Below are positions 11,527 through 25,745 of a DNA stretch of 64,000 bases, in pieces. Position 1 is the stretch's first letter, and each line of letters starts with the position of its first letter. The stretch covers positions 103,976,001 to 104,040,000 of the forward strand of contig NC_087437.1 of the NCBI RefSeq assembly GCF_036321535.1. The letters run 5' to 3'. Made by a program: the position numbers and the translations under genes. The notes under the pieces are model-generated. The model was not told the origin of the DNA, did not search any database, and saw only the letters and a list, made by a program, of their open reading frames with translations. This DNA is from Camelus dromedarius (Eukaryota).

Positions 11527-13447
11527 ACTGCAAAATTGATTCCATTTCCAGACGATTTGCTTCAATTTCCAGATGATTTGCTAATTCCAGATTCTCAGCA
11601 CATAATTTTCATTCTATGTCATTTATCTCTGTTTATATGTATGACAAAATTTCACATTATGAAAAAACCTTAACTATAGCAAGGCTAACATATTTAGACT
11701 GACAGTAGTAACAATAACTATTACGATATTAGGTATTTATTGAGATCCCTATACTATGAAAACATGTAATTTCTTCATGCAGATTCTGAATTGGAGTCTA
11801 GAAAAGTAGGAAAGGAGACAGATACAAAAATACTGCCTCTTTCATATTACATGAATTAAAGACCTATACCATTATTTGTATGTTCTATAGAAATGGAATC
11901 AGATTTTAATTTTCAAAACATAAATGTTGAAAACAGACAGTAATTTGAAGGTTTTATATAAAGTATACATAATTTGCCATATGGTTGTTTTATTTTCAAA
12001 TGTGCTTTATTAAGTATGTGATTTCAGTCATTTACTTTTCTTCCTTATTTTAAATTATAATTTGGAAATGTGACATGTGTGCAAAATCAAACATGTTTAG
12101 AACATGTTTGATAATGTCACAAGTAATCAAAATCTTACGCAATAAAATATTCATGCTTGATATTACAAACTAAGCATAAATTTGCCTACTTTTAAACATG
12201 GAGACAATCCAATGTTGCTATAAATTTCAATAATCATTTTAAATTTTGAAAATTAGTTTAAGTGAAAATGCCCTTTATAGCATATTCAAACATTAGAGTG
12301 CATCTCTACTTCTATATTTAAGATTCAATAAATCTTCCACAAGTTTAAATTTTTTTCTCTTATTTGCCTTTTTTTATTTGTTAACATTTGTTTACTTTAA
12401 GCTTATGGACTACGTCTCTTAAGATATATTCATAAACATGTCTATGTTTAATTTTAAGTATTCAATTCACAGTGAATTAAGATAAATATTTGCCAAGTTT
12501 CTGGGTTGCTTGAACAACTATTTCTATTCTTTTAGTGAATGTTTATGTAATTATCCTTTCAATATTATTATAACTACCTTATGTTACCTGCTGATGAGTT
12601 CTGAGATTTGTTTACTTTATTAATTACTTTATGCAGAGAGAACAAATTGGACTTCTGAAATGCAACCACAGAGACAGCAAGTACAGTAGATTTCAGGTAC
12701 TTTTTTTTTTTTAATTTTTAGAACAGCACATGGTTTCTCAGTACCAGAACAAGGTAATTCATTCCTTCATAAAATGAGGATCTAAGGAACATTATCAGTC
12801 ACACTAGCTGAACTTTCAGTAATGCAGAGATTAATAATTGGACAAATTCTCTAATTAATAAGCATAGATTTCAGTATTTCTCTCAAAAGCTCAGTTTTCT
12901 ATCTAGTGTATAAAAATAAATGAATGTTATATTTGGCAGGAAACATATTAAACTCCTGGCCAAGTAAAGAAGTATGGAAATGAATGTCTTCCAATCTGTT
13001 TAAATGTGATTTTAAATTAATGTATTCAATAGCAAATTAGATCCCTAGTGATAATTATAGTGGGTTGTAATATGTTTAATATATTATAACCTACCTTTGT
13101 ATTTTGGCTTTACCATACTTTTAGAATCACTGTAAATAATCTTCAAAGAAATGTACATTCTCCTTGAACTTTGTATAGTAATAATAACAAGTTAATGGCA
13201 ATAGGTCAAGATATATGAGCAGAAAATTAATGAGAATTTAGCCAGACATTCTAACTTAAAAGAGAGAGACTTACACAATTATTCAAAAGATGAATGCTAA
13301 CATGGTGTCTCATTTTCAGAAAATTTTTTTTAAATTATCAATTATGAGGCTAAGTATTTACTTATCAGCATCATGTCTTATTAAAAAACAACTTAGAAAT
13401 ATAAGTGGCAATTACCAGAAACTGTGATAAATGTGTTAAGATCCAAA

Positions 13448-13868
13448 GTGGTGGTTGATTTTGTGTGTCAAGTTGATGGGTGTCTGTGAGGCTGTTTCAG
13501 GAAGAGATTAGCATTTGAATCATTACACTACAGAAGATCCACCCTATCCATCCTGAGCAGCCGTTATCTAATTGCTGAGGGTCCAAAATAGAATAAAAAG
13601 GTGGAGAAAGGGTAAATTCTCTCTCTCTTAAACTGGGATATACAGTCCCCCTTCCCCCATTCTTAGTTCTCAGCCTTCAGCCCTGGATTAGGAGTTCCAG
13701 CATCAGCTCCCCCTTGTTTCTCAGGCCAGCAGATTCAAACTGAATTCCTGGGTCTCCATCTTACAGATAGCAGACTGTGGGACATAAACCAATTACCATA
13801 GTAAATCTCTTCTCATTTATCTATATACATACCTTACTGGTTGTGTTTCTCCAGAGTACCTCAACACA
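13448..13868 (+). mobile_element. ERVL solo LTR, MLT2B/MLT2D-like
   Basis: GTGGTTGATTTTGTGTGTCAA, GGGTGTCTGTGAGG..GAAGAGATTAGCATTTGAATC, AATAGAATAAAAAGG, CCTGGGTCTCCA..CAGATAGCAGACTGTGGGAC, TGGTTGTGTTTCTCCAGAG. Confidence 0.9.
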
Positions 13869-14239
13869 TTCTACTGTGGCTAACAGTTATTCATTGTTTT
13901 TATAATCTAGATTTTACTCTAAAAAATAAAGAGACTATAGAGTACTTATGTGTTTGTCTTTCAGCACATCTGAAGGTTTTTCTTTCTATCCTGGAGAATA
14001 AGATGAAGAAACTCTAACTAGTGGATAGTAGTGTAGACTAGTATGATGTTTGGTTCAACAAGACATGACAGTTAATATTAAACTGAAGGGAGACCTTCAT
14101 TATGTTGTATGGGTTTCTATACTTGGTGACAACATTTAAAAAATATTTTTAACATGATCATTTTTGTAATTAGACTTTTTTATTGTGGTTATTAGCTAGC
14201 TTTAAGAATAAAAGAGAAAATAAATGATTAGTTAAATTG

Positions 14240-14504
14240 GTAGCTCCCATGTTACATGACAGGTTGCTTTATCAGACTGTGGTAGCTGGGAAAGCAACAG
14301 AGAATCTATTAGAAAGACAGGAACCACAATCTTATGTAACTCAATCACAGAGGTGATAGCTCTTCCCTCTTGCCGTATTTTACTGCTTAGAATCAAGTCA
14401 CTAAGACAGCTGACCCAATGCACCTCAACAGGAGGAGATTAAACAGGTGTGTGAATACCAAGAGATAGGGATCACAAAAGCCAGTTTAAGCAAACCTAGT
14501 CATA
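14240..14504 (-). mobile_element. MaLR LTR fragment, MLT1F/G/H-like
   Basis: TGCCGTATTTTACTGCTTAGAATCAAGTCACTAAG...GTGTGAATACCAAGAGATAGGGATCA, the reverse of an MLT1 5' half. Confidence 0.75.
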
Positions 14505-14959
14505 CCTGACTAGAATCCCACCTGATCAGCCTCCCAAGCACTGAGTTATTATAGAAAGCATGTTCTCACTCATGCATCCATTTTCTGTAATGCATCCACT
14601 GACTTTGTGATAAGCTCAATTTATGATACGACAGGATGAAAAAGACAACTACGCAACTACCTCCTGTTCTAGATAAATCTGAACGTCCTAGGTGAAGGAT
14701 AATAAGCATATATTTCCCTTCAGCAATTATAATGACTTGCTATTGCTACCCTGAGGAATGGTGTATCAAGTTTACTAAGATCATTGCTAAGGTGACACTA
14801 GAATTAAATCCCTGAAGACGTAGAGAACATTAGTGAGGTGAAAAGCGTCTGAGAAATACAGACTGTCATTTAATGGGATTAGCAGAAGCAGATTCACAGA
14901 AGGATGAAGTAACCTGAAACCTGGAAATTGCAGCACTGAGGTATCTCAAGGCATGTGTT

Positions 14960-15370
14960 TTAAAAGTTAGGAAAGGGGTCAGATAATGAAGGATGTGCCC
15001 ACAAATAAGTCATTTAATCATTTCATCTGAAAGTTATTGAAAAATATAATTTCTAATTATGACAGATTGTACTTGCACAATGTAATCCATCAATCAATTA
15101 ATGATAATATTTCGAGTTATCACTCTGGAATTAATGGGGTGAAATGATTTGGGGAGTTCAGATTATCATCAGCAGAAAATTTAGAGGCCTCCTATAATTA
15201 TCCAGGTTAAGTTTTGAAGATTTGAAGGAAGGATAAATTATTGGAAGATAGACAAAGGATCACATAAGAAAGATATTCAGAATGTAGGCTCTGTTAACTG
15301 TTGATAACGTTTTTTATTTGAGGGGGGAGGGAATAGAGAGGAACAGCGTCGACATTTCTGCTCCCTCAGC
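14960..15370 (-). mobile_element. L2 fragment
   Basis: Purine-rich antisense L2 pattern: GGGGTCAGATAATGAAGG..ATCACTCTGG..ATAATTATCCAGG..AGATATTCAGAATGTAG. Confidence 0.55.
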
Positions 15371-15404
15371 CCCAAAGTTAATGTGCCTTCAACTCACATA
15401 TGGA

Positions 15405-15515
15405 TTTTATGAAAATCTGACTTTATCGGTATAGAGTAGAACCTGATAGTTTCCATTTCTAATAAGCTCCCAGGTGATAGTTATACTGCTGGTTCTCAAA
15501 CCATATCTTAAGAGG
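15405..15515. mobile_element. MER5A fragment (hAT-Charlie)
   Basis: TTTCCATTTCTAATAAGCTCCCAGGTGAT..TACTGCTGGT..ACCATA is the characteristic MER5A arm. Confidence 0.7.
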
Positions 15516-16309
15516 CTCAAGACTCAATTACTAAAGATTTTATTATTAGAAATAGCAGAAGAGATTCAGACAAAGCATGCCGCATACACCCCTATCTACC
15601 CACACCCCTACGTGAATCTAAAGTGAAGAATACAAGTACCTAAAGAAATACATGGACTAAACCACCATAACAAAAAGTGAGGCTGATAATGATAGATGAA
15701 ATATAGCTGTTTATGTCGGGAGGGGAAGATTCTCAGAGTGGTCTTACCAGTTGTAGAATTATTAAAGGTAACTTCAACTATGTGCAGTCTATTTTATTGC
15801 TCCCTTTGGTTCAAGAAAATTAACTTCTCAGTCTCTGTATTGAAAAGGACCAGGTTAACGTTGGGAGGTGTGTTGGAAGGAGAAAAACAACACGTGGCAA
15901 ATGGTAATTATGCTTTTGATTAACACTATTCTACCTTATTTCCTCATTTTCTATAAAGGGGGATGCAAATAAAACTCCAAACAGATTGGAAAAAATGGAA
16001 TGCATAGAAGAAAAGATTTAAACTTTATACTCTGAGGAGAATGGAAAAGAAAAATTTGACGGAAAAGAATTAAAAGTGTTACTAGAAAGAGTTGACAAGT
16101 ACTGTGCATTTGAGCTGTGGACTCAGAGTAGCTCCAGGGTCTGTAGTGGAAGTTCTTTTCCCTTGCAGAACAAATGCTTTTTCATGTATCTACCCTATAG
16201 TGCTTTTCTGGAGGAACAGCACTCTTTCTCACTGTGGTATTGTGCTTTCTTCCTGCTCTAAATGTATTTTGCACACGATGTGTTAATTTCTTATTTAACT
16301 TCCTGTTTA

Positions 16310-16685
16310 TTGCACATAGTTGATCATAGAAAGGTGTGGGAGTCTTTCCCTGGAAACCCCTAAACTGAAGCTGAAATTGCCTAATGTTCTCTGTTGGAAT
16401 TTCTAATACTTAAAATTGGGAGCATTGAGGCCCATCAGACCATAACTTAGGTTGGAAATGACAGTGATAGAGTAAATATACAAAGAAAAGTAAGCATATG
16501 AGATTATATTTTATATATATATGAATTGGAGTCTCTTGTTCTAAATGATGCTGCCACTCTCTGGCTTTCCTAATCTCCAGGAGTTCTGATCATCAAATAT
16601 TCCACAAACATTGCAGGTATATAAACATCTCTACCTCTTAAGAGTCTATGCCAGAGCTGGTAAGAGTAATCTTTTGCAACAACAA
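16310..16685 (+). mobile_element. Very old MaLR LTR remnant (MLT1K/L-like)
   Basis: Degenerate MLT1-like 3' end ..CTTAAG..CCAGAGCTGG..TCTTTTGCAAC; weak similarity elsewhere. Confidence 0.35.
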
Positions 16686-19027
16686 CAGAAAAAAAGGTAT
16701 GACAAATTCAAACTTGAAATAAGATTACTCACAGTGAAAGACAAAATAAGAACAATATTATTTTCCATTTCTCTCCTTTTCTGCAGTATGTCGTAGGCAC
16801 TATTCTATAGGGTTCAATAAAGTTCATTTTTATGTCAACCAAACTTTATTGATTCAGTTCAGCTTCATGGGTTTGCACTGAAGTATTGCTCACCCTAAAA
16901 GAACGCTAATCAAGTAATTCCATGACATCTATATAACCTTGCAGTAAAAAGCACACCAGTGTAAAGGGTGGTGAATTACAGTCTATTTGATGCTTGATTT
17001 ACTCTACAGCTGTCTCTGGCAATGAAACATAGCAGCCAGGAACTAAAGGTTGGGTGGTTTTCAAACAGATTAGGAGTGATTTGGTGAAGAGGGCAGATCC
17101 CTGTGGGAACACTAAGAATGGATTGAGTTATTTATAAACTCTTGGTTTTGTCAGAATTTGGTTTACATTTGGATTTGCTTCTGCCTAAAGTAAGTTGGAA
17201 GTCGGACAGTCACATATATTTATCTTTCTTTGCTAATCTACTGAGAATCACTAAGAAGTATTTCATCAAAGCTACTGTAGGAAAAGTTAATACTTAAAAA
17301 TCTTTACTGAGATAAAAGGAAATATAGGACACACTTAAAATCAGGGAAGAGCCAGTTTCTACATGTGCCAATTCCACTAAAAAGGGCCACTTGGGCACTG
17401 TTCAAATACTCCTGAGAGTGTATTTGCTCTGAATATTGACTGAAGTGAATTTTGTTTCATATTTTTGAAAGTGAGTATTATTGTCAGATTATAAAAATAG
17501 ATAAGCTTCCTTTATTTGCAGATCAAGTTTAGAAAATTTAATAGTGGTATAAATTTTGACATAGTTCTACATACTTCTCTGTAACCATGATAAAGCCACC
17601 ATTATGATAGCCACCCAGTACTTTTAGACATGTTTTATTTATGAACTTGAAGTAGAGATTTATACCTTGAGGAAATTATTGACAACTACCTGATTAATGT
17701 TCATGCTAATCATAAATACTACCCTTTTCACAATAGAGATATTTAAATATCAGTACAAAATCTGCTATTTCCAATTCCTATGCATCAAAGAATAGGTTTA
17801 AAATGTTTCTTAAAATGTAATATAGGATTAAATAATCAATCATATAGAACAAGATCATATATAATTATTTTATTATTAAAAAAGAATTTTTTAAGAATAG
17901 TAATATAATCTGTAAATTTTTTTTCTTCTCAAAGGTATCAATTTAGAATCAATGTTTATACTATTTATATAAAATTCATCATTTCATCCATGGAGTAAAT
18001 TAGAATTTACTGATATTTTTAATCAAATACATACAAGTCATAAAACAAAAGACAAATTTAAACATATATTACATGATTTAAAAATTGAGGAAAGTTCACC
18101 TTTTAATATCTTTGTAATTCTACCAGGTATGTGACAACATAGCATTGTGTATGTAGGATATATTGGTACTGCTATAGCCTATGATTCATTATTCAAGAAA
18201 ATGGATAGGAAAAAGGAAAAGTATATTTAATATTAGTATAAGAAAATCTGGTAAAACATTTGGAGATAAAGAAAAAAAGGAATATTGTGAATTTTAACTG
18301 CACAGTAACTGAACATTCCGGAATGAGACTGTTCCTCAATCTGCCATCTCTTCTCCTTTCCTTGGTCAGTCACCCTCTTTCTTTATGGGGAATCACCTAA
18401 AATTATTTCTATTTTCCTTTTCCTATTAGTGGAATAAGAAATAAAACTTTTTTTTTAAAGATGGCTCACAAATGCTTTTAAATTAACTGAACAAAACTAA
18501 TTTCCCCTCCTCAGACCTCAGTGGAATTATTATACACAATTAGTGAGTCTACTTCATAATTATTCCAACCAGTTTAATGATCGAAAGTTAACATTTTGCT
18601 AGTACCTTAACTTTGCTTTTATTTGAAATACTTCTGACTTGTGAGATGTGTTTCCCTTCAAATTTTGGATTTCACGATCTCTACTGGCCAATTTGATTGT
18701 ATAAATAGGTGTTTTAGAAATAACACTCCCTATGCAAGAGCACATGTAACTGCTGAAATAGCATGTTCATGAATTAAAAATCTTCTGACAAAAATTATTC
18801 TTTTTACGTAGTAGCTAAGTAACAGATCCTTGGCAATATTAATTTGTCTAAACATTTCAGAATCAACCTGTTTATGCAAATCTTTGGTTAATTCAACTAA
18901 ACATCCACATTGACATTTTGTGGTATTTAATTGTTAGGATAAATAAAATGAAAGACTTTGTGGATACTTAAAAGGAACAATTTTATATCTAGTTAAGTTA
19001 TTCAGGATCATCTCAAAAATCCCCCTT

Positions 19028-19390
19028 TAAACAAATGGTGGTATATTCCTACAATAGATATATTCCTCAGAAATAAAAAATGAAATTCTGATGCATGCAA
19101 CAACATGGATCAATCTCAAAATATTCATGCTGAGTAAAAGAGTCTATAAAAATTGTACAGACTGTATGAAATTCAAACTGATCTATAGTGGCAGAAATCA
19201 TATCAGTGGTTATCTGGATTACAAGGGGATATGAAAATTTTTCTAGGTGATTGACATGTCCACTATGCTGACATTCTAATTCTGGTGATGGTTTTTACAT
19301 ATGTATAGACATCTAAAAATACCTGAAATTATAAATTTTAAATGTGCCCAGTGCACTATATTCAATTATACCTCAATAAAACTATTAAAA
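19028..19390 (+). mobile_element. L1MD/L1ME 3' end
   Basis: AAACAAATGGTGGTATATTC..CATGCAACAACATGGATCAATCTCAAAA..TCAGTGGTT..GGTGATGGTT..TCAATTATACCTCAATAAA. Confidence 0.85.
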
Positions 19391-22300
19391 TAATTTACAA
19401 TAAAAGGGATATTACTTAAGAGTGAGCAAAATTTCAGGGAAGTAGGATATATACAGAAGGTACCAATAATTCCTTAGATAAGAAATAAAATTTGTAGTGG
19501 AGTTAGGGATTTGTGTGAATATTCTATTACACAAACAGAAATATTTCAAGCTATTTCCATACCCACTTTGGAGAGTATGGCAATTATGTCACAATATCCA
19601 TAAAAACCTATTTCAAATTAATATTAACCTACTCTCTTAAATATCTCTTCTCACTAGTACAGCTTCACGTATTAATTTTTACACTCTTGATGTAACATAC
19701 AGTACATATAAATCTTTCTTTAAAAGTCATAGGCATTTTAATAAAAACAAAAGAAACAGATCTTTAAAAACTTTTTAAAATTAACTTTTTTCTTTTTATT
19801 CCCCCACAAGTTTTTAAATCTTTTTTTTTTCCTGTCCAATAATTTGATTTGAAAAATTTGGCACAGCGCATACTAGTCTGTAGCAACTCTGGATTCTATT
19901 TTGTTCTTCTGATTTTTTTTTTTTTGGTTAAATTTTATTTTAGAAGATAATTAACTACTGTGGGACTGTAAAAGTCTTTGTCCTGCATGGTGAGCAACCA
20001 CTGATTTTTATTTCTCTGCTCAGTTTGTCAGTATATCTATCTGTCTCTGTGTTTATCTGCCTGTCTTTATCTTCTGTTAATCTAGCTGTCCGGCCCCCTA
20101 AAGATTTTCTCTGCGCTTTTTTATATTCTCTGTGCTTTTATTAGCCCATGATTATGTGCAGGTACCTTGAATCATCAAAGCTACAGGCCCCCACCTCTCC
20201 AACTATGAATGAGTTAAGATACATATTCAAAGCTGGGTCAAGTTCACAAGTACCCTCAAGGCCTTCCATTTTTCACCAGGCTCTGGGCTTTTCCAGGAGC
20301 ATGCAAAGCTTGCCGGTAGTCAGACATTATTTCAACCTCTCTACTGCTCTCACGATTCCAAAATTGACTCTTTCAATGCCCAGATGCTCCACAACTACGT
20401 GAACCTAGCTGGTAAAGCTTTTACCAAACTGGGGGAGAAGATGGGAAAAATAGGTGACAAATTTGCCATACTTATCATAAGCAGTAGCAGTTTTTCTAAG
20501 TAATTCTCTACAATTACCCAGTGTAGTGAAATAATTGTTTGAAATAATGCACTCCAGTTTTATACTTGTTTTCTGTATAGGGGAACTGCCTAACTTCTTG
20601 CCTCTATTTCCAGAAATAGAGCTCCATAAAGCTTTACTTTCACAAATATATTAATTATAAATATTCCCTTAATTCACAATGTTTAAAATACTATGCAAAA
20701 TTGTCAAAATTATACTTTTTTTTTCAAAAGATCTATCCACCTGACTATCTCTAACATACTTTATAATAAAATTAATCTGCATCTGGCCCCTGAAGGAAGA
20801 AGTTTAATACCCTTTGGAAGGATTGATACACAAAGCATCAGAAATACTCAGTATTCCTGGTGGTTGCATGGCTAGAGGGTGATTAGAGACTAGATTCTAT
20901 CCAAGGTTCTCTCTTGAACATCCTTCAAAGGAGTGCCCTGCTACCTTTAAAGCCATGATAATTTAGAACCGACAGTGGCAAAGGCTTTAATGTCTCCAAA
21001 TGATTATTTGGAGAGTTCTTAGGGCCAAGTTCTATAAACCAAAACACCTGCATGGATATACAAACTTCTAAAGGGTTTTTATGGAAAATAACAGTGTTTA
21101 TATTTTTAACAGAGAATTAATGATTGTGTTGCGAATGAGTATGTCCTAAAGAGAAAGATAAATGGGAAAAGATGACATGTCTAAGGAAAGTAAATCTGTT
21201 TTGGTCATGATAGCAACTTTTTAGCTGAGAAGTATTCTATGCAAGGCCAGAAAAACTTTAGTTTTTGTGATTTTACTTTTAAACTTTAGATAAATTGATC
21301 TGAAAACAGTTACTAACGGTAGGTTATCCAATGATTATGTTTCCATTGATAGTTTTACCTGCATCTAATAGTTTTCTTATTTTATTTGTAATTACTTAAT
21401 AGTAAAATAGCTACAGATTTCTACTCTCACCCCAGATTAAGTCATTTCAGTTAATATGGTATCTCAAAATGGGCTCAACAAAATGCAAATTAGTAAAAAC
21501 AATACCCACAATGCTTTGCAGACAGGCATTTATTAATATTTAATTGTAATATTCATAAAAAGTATTTGTTTCTAATGTTAGTAACTTAGATATACAGCTA
21601 TCTAGGCACCTGTCTCAAATCATTCTCCAAATCCAACTAATTATTGGCAGATGTTCTATTTTTTTTAAAAGATGTGTTAGCATTATTTTTTAAGTTTTTA
21701 TTTTTTCTCTACTATAATTTAGATAGTTATAAATCAATCTGCCTTCAGACTATTTCACTCACCTCTTCTCTTTTTTTTTTAGCTGTCTATTCCTCTTATG
21801 TTCTAATAGAATATTTTCATTCCAACTCCATGTAAAAATAAGTACTATCCCAACCTTTAGTGACAATCACAACAGTAGAGAGAACCATTTCCATAACAGA
21901 GGGATAGTAACTAAAATCAGCCCGTTAGGCCCTTGAGATAGAGGGTGAAAAATTAAGTGATGATTTCCTTATAGCTTGCCAATGGAAAAACCAAAAGATT
22001 AAGTCTGTCAAACAAACTATTATCTTCACTTTTACTAGCAGCTTTTGTGGTTAGTGATTTTGACAAAAGGCCTTTCAAACTGATAAAAATTATGTTTAGT
22101 TCCCCATTATCCCTAGGAATCAGTTGTTTTCCCATTACACATGTCCAGAGAAGTTCTTTTAAAGACCACTTGGCATGTGAAGTTATTTCCAACTCCTAGA
22201 CTTAAAAGGAATGTTCAGATACCCTGGCACTGACCTCATACTATTCTCCAAATCTAAAACATTTTGGGCACACAATCTGTTAAAAAATAGTCCACAGACT

Positions 22301-24419
22301 TTCTAATATTCTCTTTTATTTAATAATAATGACAATCAAGAGTTCTTATCAATATCCATTTCCCATTTAAAATGCAAGTCCTTTAGTCTTTTTATATGGC
22401 ACGTGCACTCTGATTTTAATAGTTTCTTTAAAAATGAGAAATCCCACTTTAGTTTTTATTTTCCTTTTAAATCAATTTATAATCTTTACCTTTTTTATAT
22501 GTTATAGAAATAATTTTATAGAAATAGTATATAAAATTAAGATGCAATCTCTCCCTGTTTACCATTTTATATAGTTTAGTTGGTCCCTAATTTTAAAATA
22601 TATGGCAAGACTATATTGAGAGAAAAAATTCCCACCATTATTTTAAAAATATTTTTAGGAGAAACTATTAATAAGAAGAGTGGAGAAGAAATGGAAATTG
22701 ATAAATGAGTTGGAAGAAAACTTGTAAAAATAAAAATATGTATTAGAAAAAAGTCCCTATTCTTTTAAAGTATTGGGGAGTGTTATATGTGGAAAAATTA
22801 GTTTTATTCTATCATTTCCCTATAATAATTTATTAGTAGGCAAGAAATTTTGTCAAAAATAATTTTAAAATTGCTGATACTGCAACACAATGAAGAATTC
22901 AAGCCTTTTGTCCATTAGAATTTCTAAAGTAAGAAAAATGAATCAGAAAACTAAAATGTGTATTACATAGAAATCATGCATATACAGGGTGAACTTGTTA
23001 TTTCTGTAATTCCAGGATACTTTGCTTCAGATTCTAGATTGCCATAAACAGCTTTTTAAAAAAAATTTTGTTTTAATTTTTTTTTTAATTTGACTGAAAT
23101 CAGTAGTGTCAGAGTATAAGGAAAAATAAGAAAACTGAGAAGGTGATAAAGAGGTAATCTATAATTTCTTGCTGAAATGCCAAAAAGAAGAAATTATCAA
23201 AAACTACACCTTTCTCTCCAAGGTGTAATTCCATACTCAAGTGACTTTTTTCAAACTGATTAAGTTTTCTTTATCTTAATTTGAATATATGATATTTTGG
23301 CTACATATTTTCTTTTTTAAATTAAAAATTAAAAATACAATTTGCAGCAATTAGAGTGAAAAATTATTTATATATTATCAAAGAGCCCAAGCATTGTTTA
23401 GAATTTTAATTTAAATTTCAATAAAATTATACTCCCAATTATTTAGAAATTTACTTTCCATATCAGGTGATCAACTCTATCTCACTAAATTGCACATTTA
23501 GTAAAATGGAGAGAAAAAAAATAAAGACAAAGAGTTTTCCTGTCCAGCAACCAAATACTAACAGAAGTTGATTCACACAGAAGAATAAAATGTCGCTTAA
23601 GGAAAAAACAAATATGTGGACTATGCCTTTCACAATGAAATTTTAAGTGTAAACTTTATAAAGTACATTTGGCTACCATTTATTTGCCTTTCATTTTTTT
23701 TGAAAAGAGTGTAAACATACTCTACTTAACAACTGAACTAAAAAGCATTTTAAAAATTATATTCGACTAAACATCTAACATTCTTTTACCTCCTTTGAAA
23801 AACTGAACTATCCCCATTAACCCCAACATAAGAAAATAAAACTTTCTTTTGCTTTAGAAAAGTTTCTAGCATTTTCATGACCAAAATATAATTTCATAAA
23901 TTCACAATCAATCAAGGATTCAATTCATGTCAGAGAGCACTGGCTGAATATTAAGGAAGTTAGATCAATTCTCCAAGAGATTTTCAAAGTATTCTATCAT
24001 TTAAGCACTATTCTAAGAAAGGAAAGGGAAAACAGAACTTGGCCTCCTACTAGGGAAGAATTATTTATTTCTTCTTAATGTTTAATACACTTTCTAAGTT
24101 TTATTGATATCTCATATGTTATAAACCAAGAGAACTGTCAGTGTTCCAAATGGGAGAAAATGGTAGGAGGAATTGAAACCTGTCTCTTTCTATTGGTAGA
24201 AGTATATAGGTAAGAGCAGAGACAGAACTAGAATGGCCCTTAGTGATTTTTTTCTATATTTTTGTTTTTAACTGTAATCCTTTTTTTATTTGTAAAATAA
24301 TTCCAGCAATATTCAACTACCTGAAAAATTTACTGATGCAAGGAACTAAATACTTTTTTTTTTTTAATGGTCATTTAAAAGGCATACATGAGATTTCAAG
24401 AAAGTAGAGGAAATCCTCA

Positions 24420-24995
24420 TATTAGGCAGTTAGATAGAAATGAGTACTAGGCAGGGGGATAGAGCAACCCAGAAGGTAACAGTACACCTGTGCTCAGGAT
24501 AAGGGGTTCCAAAAATTTTTACTTTCTCTAAATGAGGGCCAGCAAAGAAGCCAGCTAGAATCGAATGCTGCAGCTGCACAGTAGAGAGAAGGACCCATCT
24601 TAACTTGATCCAATGCTCATTGTAATGTAATTAATATTGCAGTTTGAGTTCCCTCATATAGGTTTCTCTGTGTGCATTCTGGGTAAGAACATGCACAAAA
24701 GAGATGGGCATGGCTGAGCACAAGGAGTGTGAGCCATCAATCAATCATCCTGAGAACTCAAAGACCCTGAGCCATCAATCAATCAGTCACAAAAGTGCCC
24801 CCTAAGCCAGGATATAAGACAGCAGAAACAAAGGAGTGGGACCATTTTTCCTGTCTTGGGTTGGCCCACCCCCATATCTTGGGAGTGTATTGTATTTTAC
24901 TACCTTTTTACTTTACTAATAAAATCTTCTGTTTATACCACGCTTTCTCTCATTAAAAATTCATTTTTTTCGGGTGACAAAGATCCAAGGTAACA
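24420..24995 (+). mobile_element. ERV1-class solo LTR with 4-bp TSD (CTCA)
   Basis: Starts TATTAGGCAGTT (presumed TG>TA change) and ends GGTAACA; CTCA at 24416-24419 and 24996-24999; TATAAG at 24813; AATAAA at 24918-24923. Confidence 0.85.
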
Positions 24996-25529
24996 CTCAG
25001 ATAACAAAAATGAAATGTTTGTATGAATACAAAGTGAGTGCTGAAGCCAGGGGCTACCATAGGACAAATACCAGTCATCGTATCATAATGTGAAAAGTTT
25101 CCATGGCTGTGCTGAAAACAAGAGATGGGTCCTAAGTTCAACTGAGCAAAAGCAGTGGGTCCATGAAAACAAAACCCTCAGAGAAGAATTAACTACCAGG
25201 GGAAAAAAATAAATTAAAAAAAAAAAAAGGAAAGAAAAGTGACATATGCAAAGGGAGAGAAAAGTGACACTTGTCACTAGGTTACATGTGAGTGAGAAGG
25301 TTTACTATGAAAATCCTTAGAGACTCATGAGTTTAGGGTTTAAGTTCACACTACATGCACATGCAAAGGACCTCAATATGATGCATTTATACAAAGTGTC
25401 TGAACCCTATTCAAAGGAGAACAAAAATTCTCTCTGAATAGTAAATCATCAAACATTTGTTAGCATTTACCCAGATGAAGTTCAAATAGGCATGTTTGCA
25501 AATAAGAAATCATACTGTGACACAAGGTG

Positions 25530-25745
25530 CCACTCAACATTAGTTCAACAAATATGTGAGCACCAATTACATAACAGATACTGTTCCAGATTCTAGGCAT
25601 CCTATAGTAAATAGCAGAGGGAAAAAGCCCTTGCATTCATGGGGTTTATATTCTGGTTAACAAGACAGTAATAGTGGAAATTCAATATATAATGGCACAA
25701 TATGATTTGGTTAAAGGTGAAGAGCTTCTGTGGGAAATTAAGAGC
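25530..25745 (-). mobile_element. L2 3' end
   Basis: TTCAACAAATATGTGAGCACC..AGATACTGTTCCAGATTCTAGG..CCCTTGCATTCATGGGGTTTATATTCTGG. Confidence 0.75.

Noticed and set aside
9055..11590. Short direct repeats (9055-9082, ~11545-11590) as an array or CRISPR-like structure
   Set aside because: Only two to three adjacent copies without spacers; ordinary slippage duplications in mammalian DNA.
12637..12753. Plus-strand exon-like units (AG|AGAGAAC..TTTCAG|GTACT and TAG|AACAG..CAAG|GTAATT)
   Set aside because: They are separated by only ~25 nt, too short for an intron, and the peptides are unrecognisable; likely chance sites.
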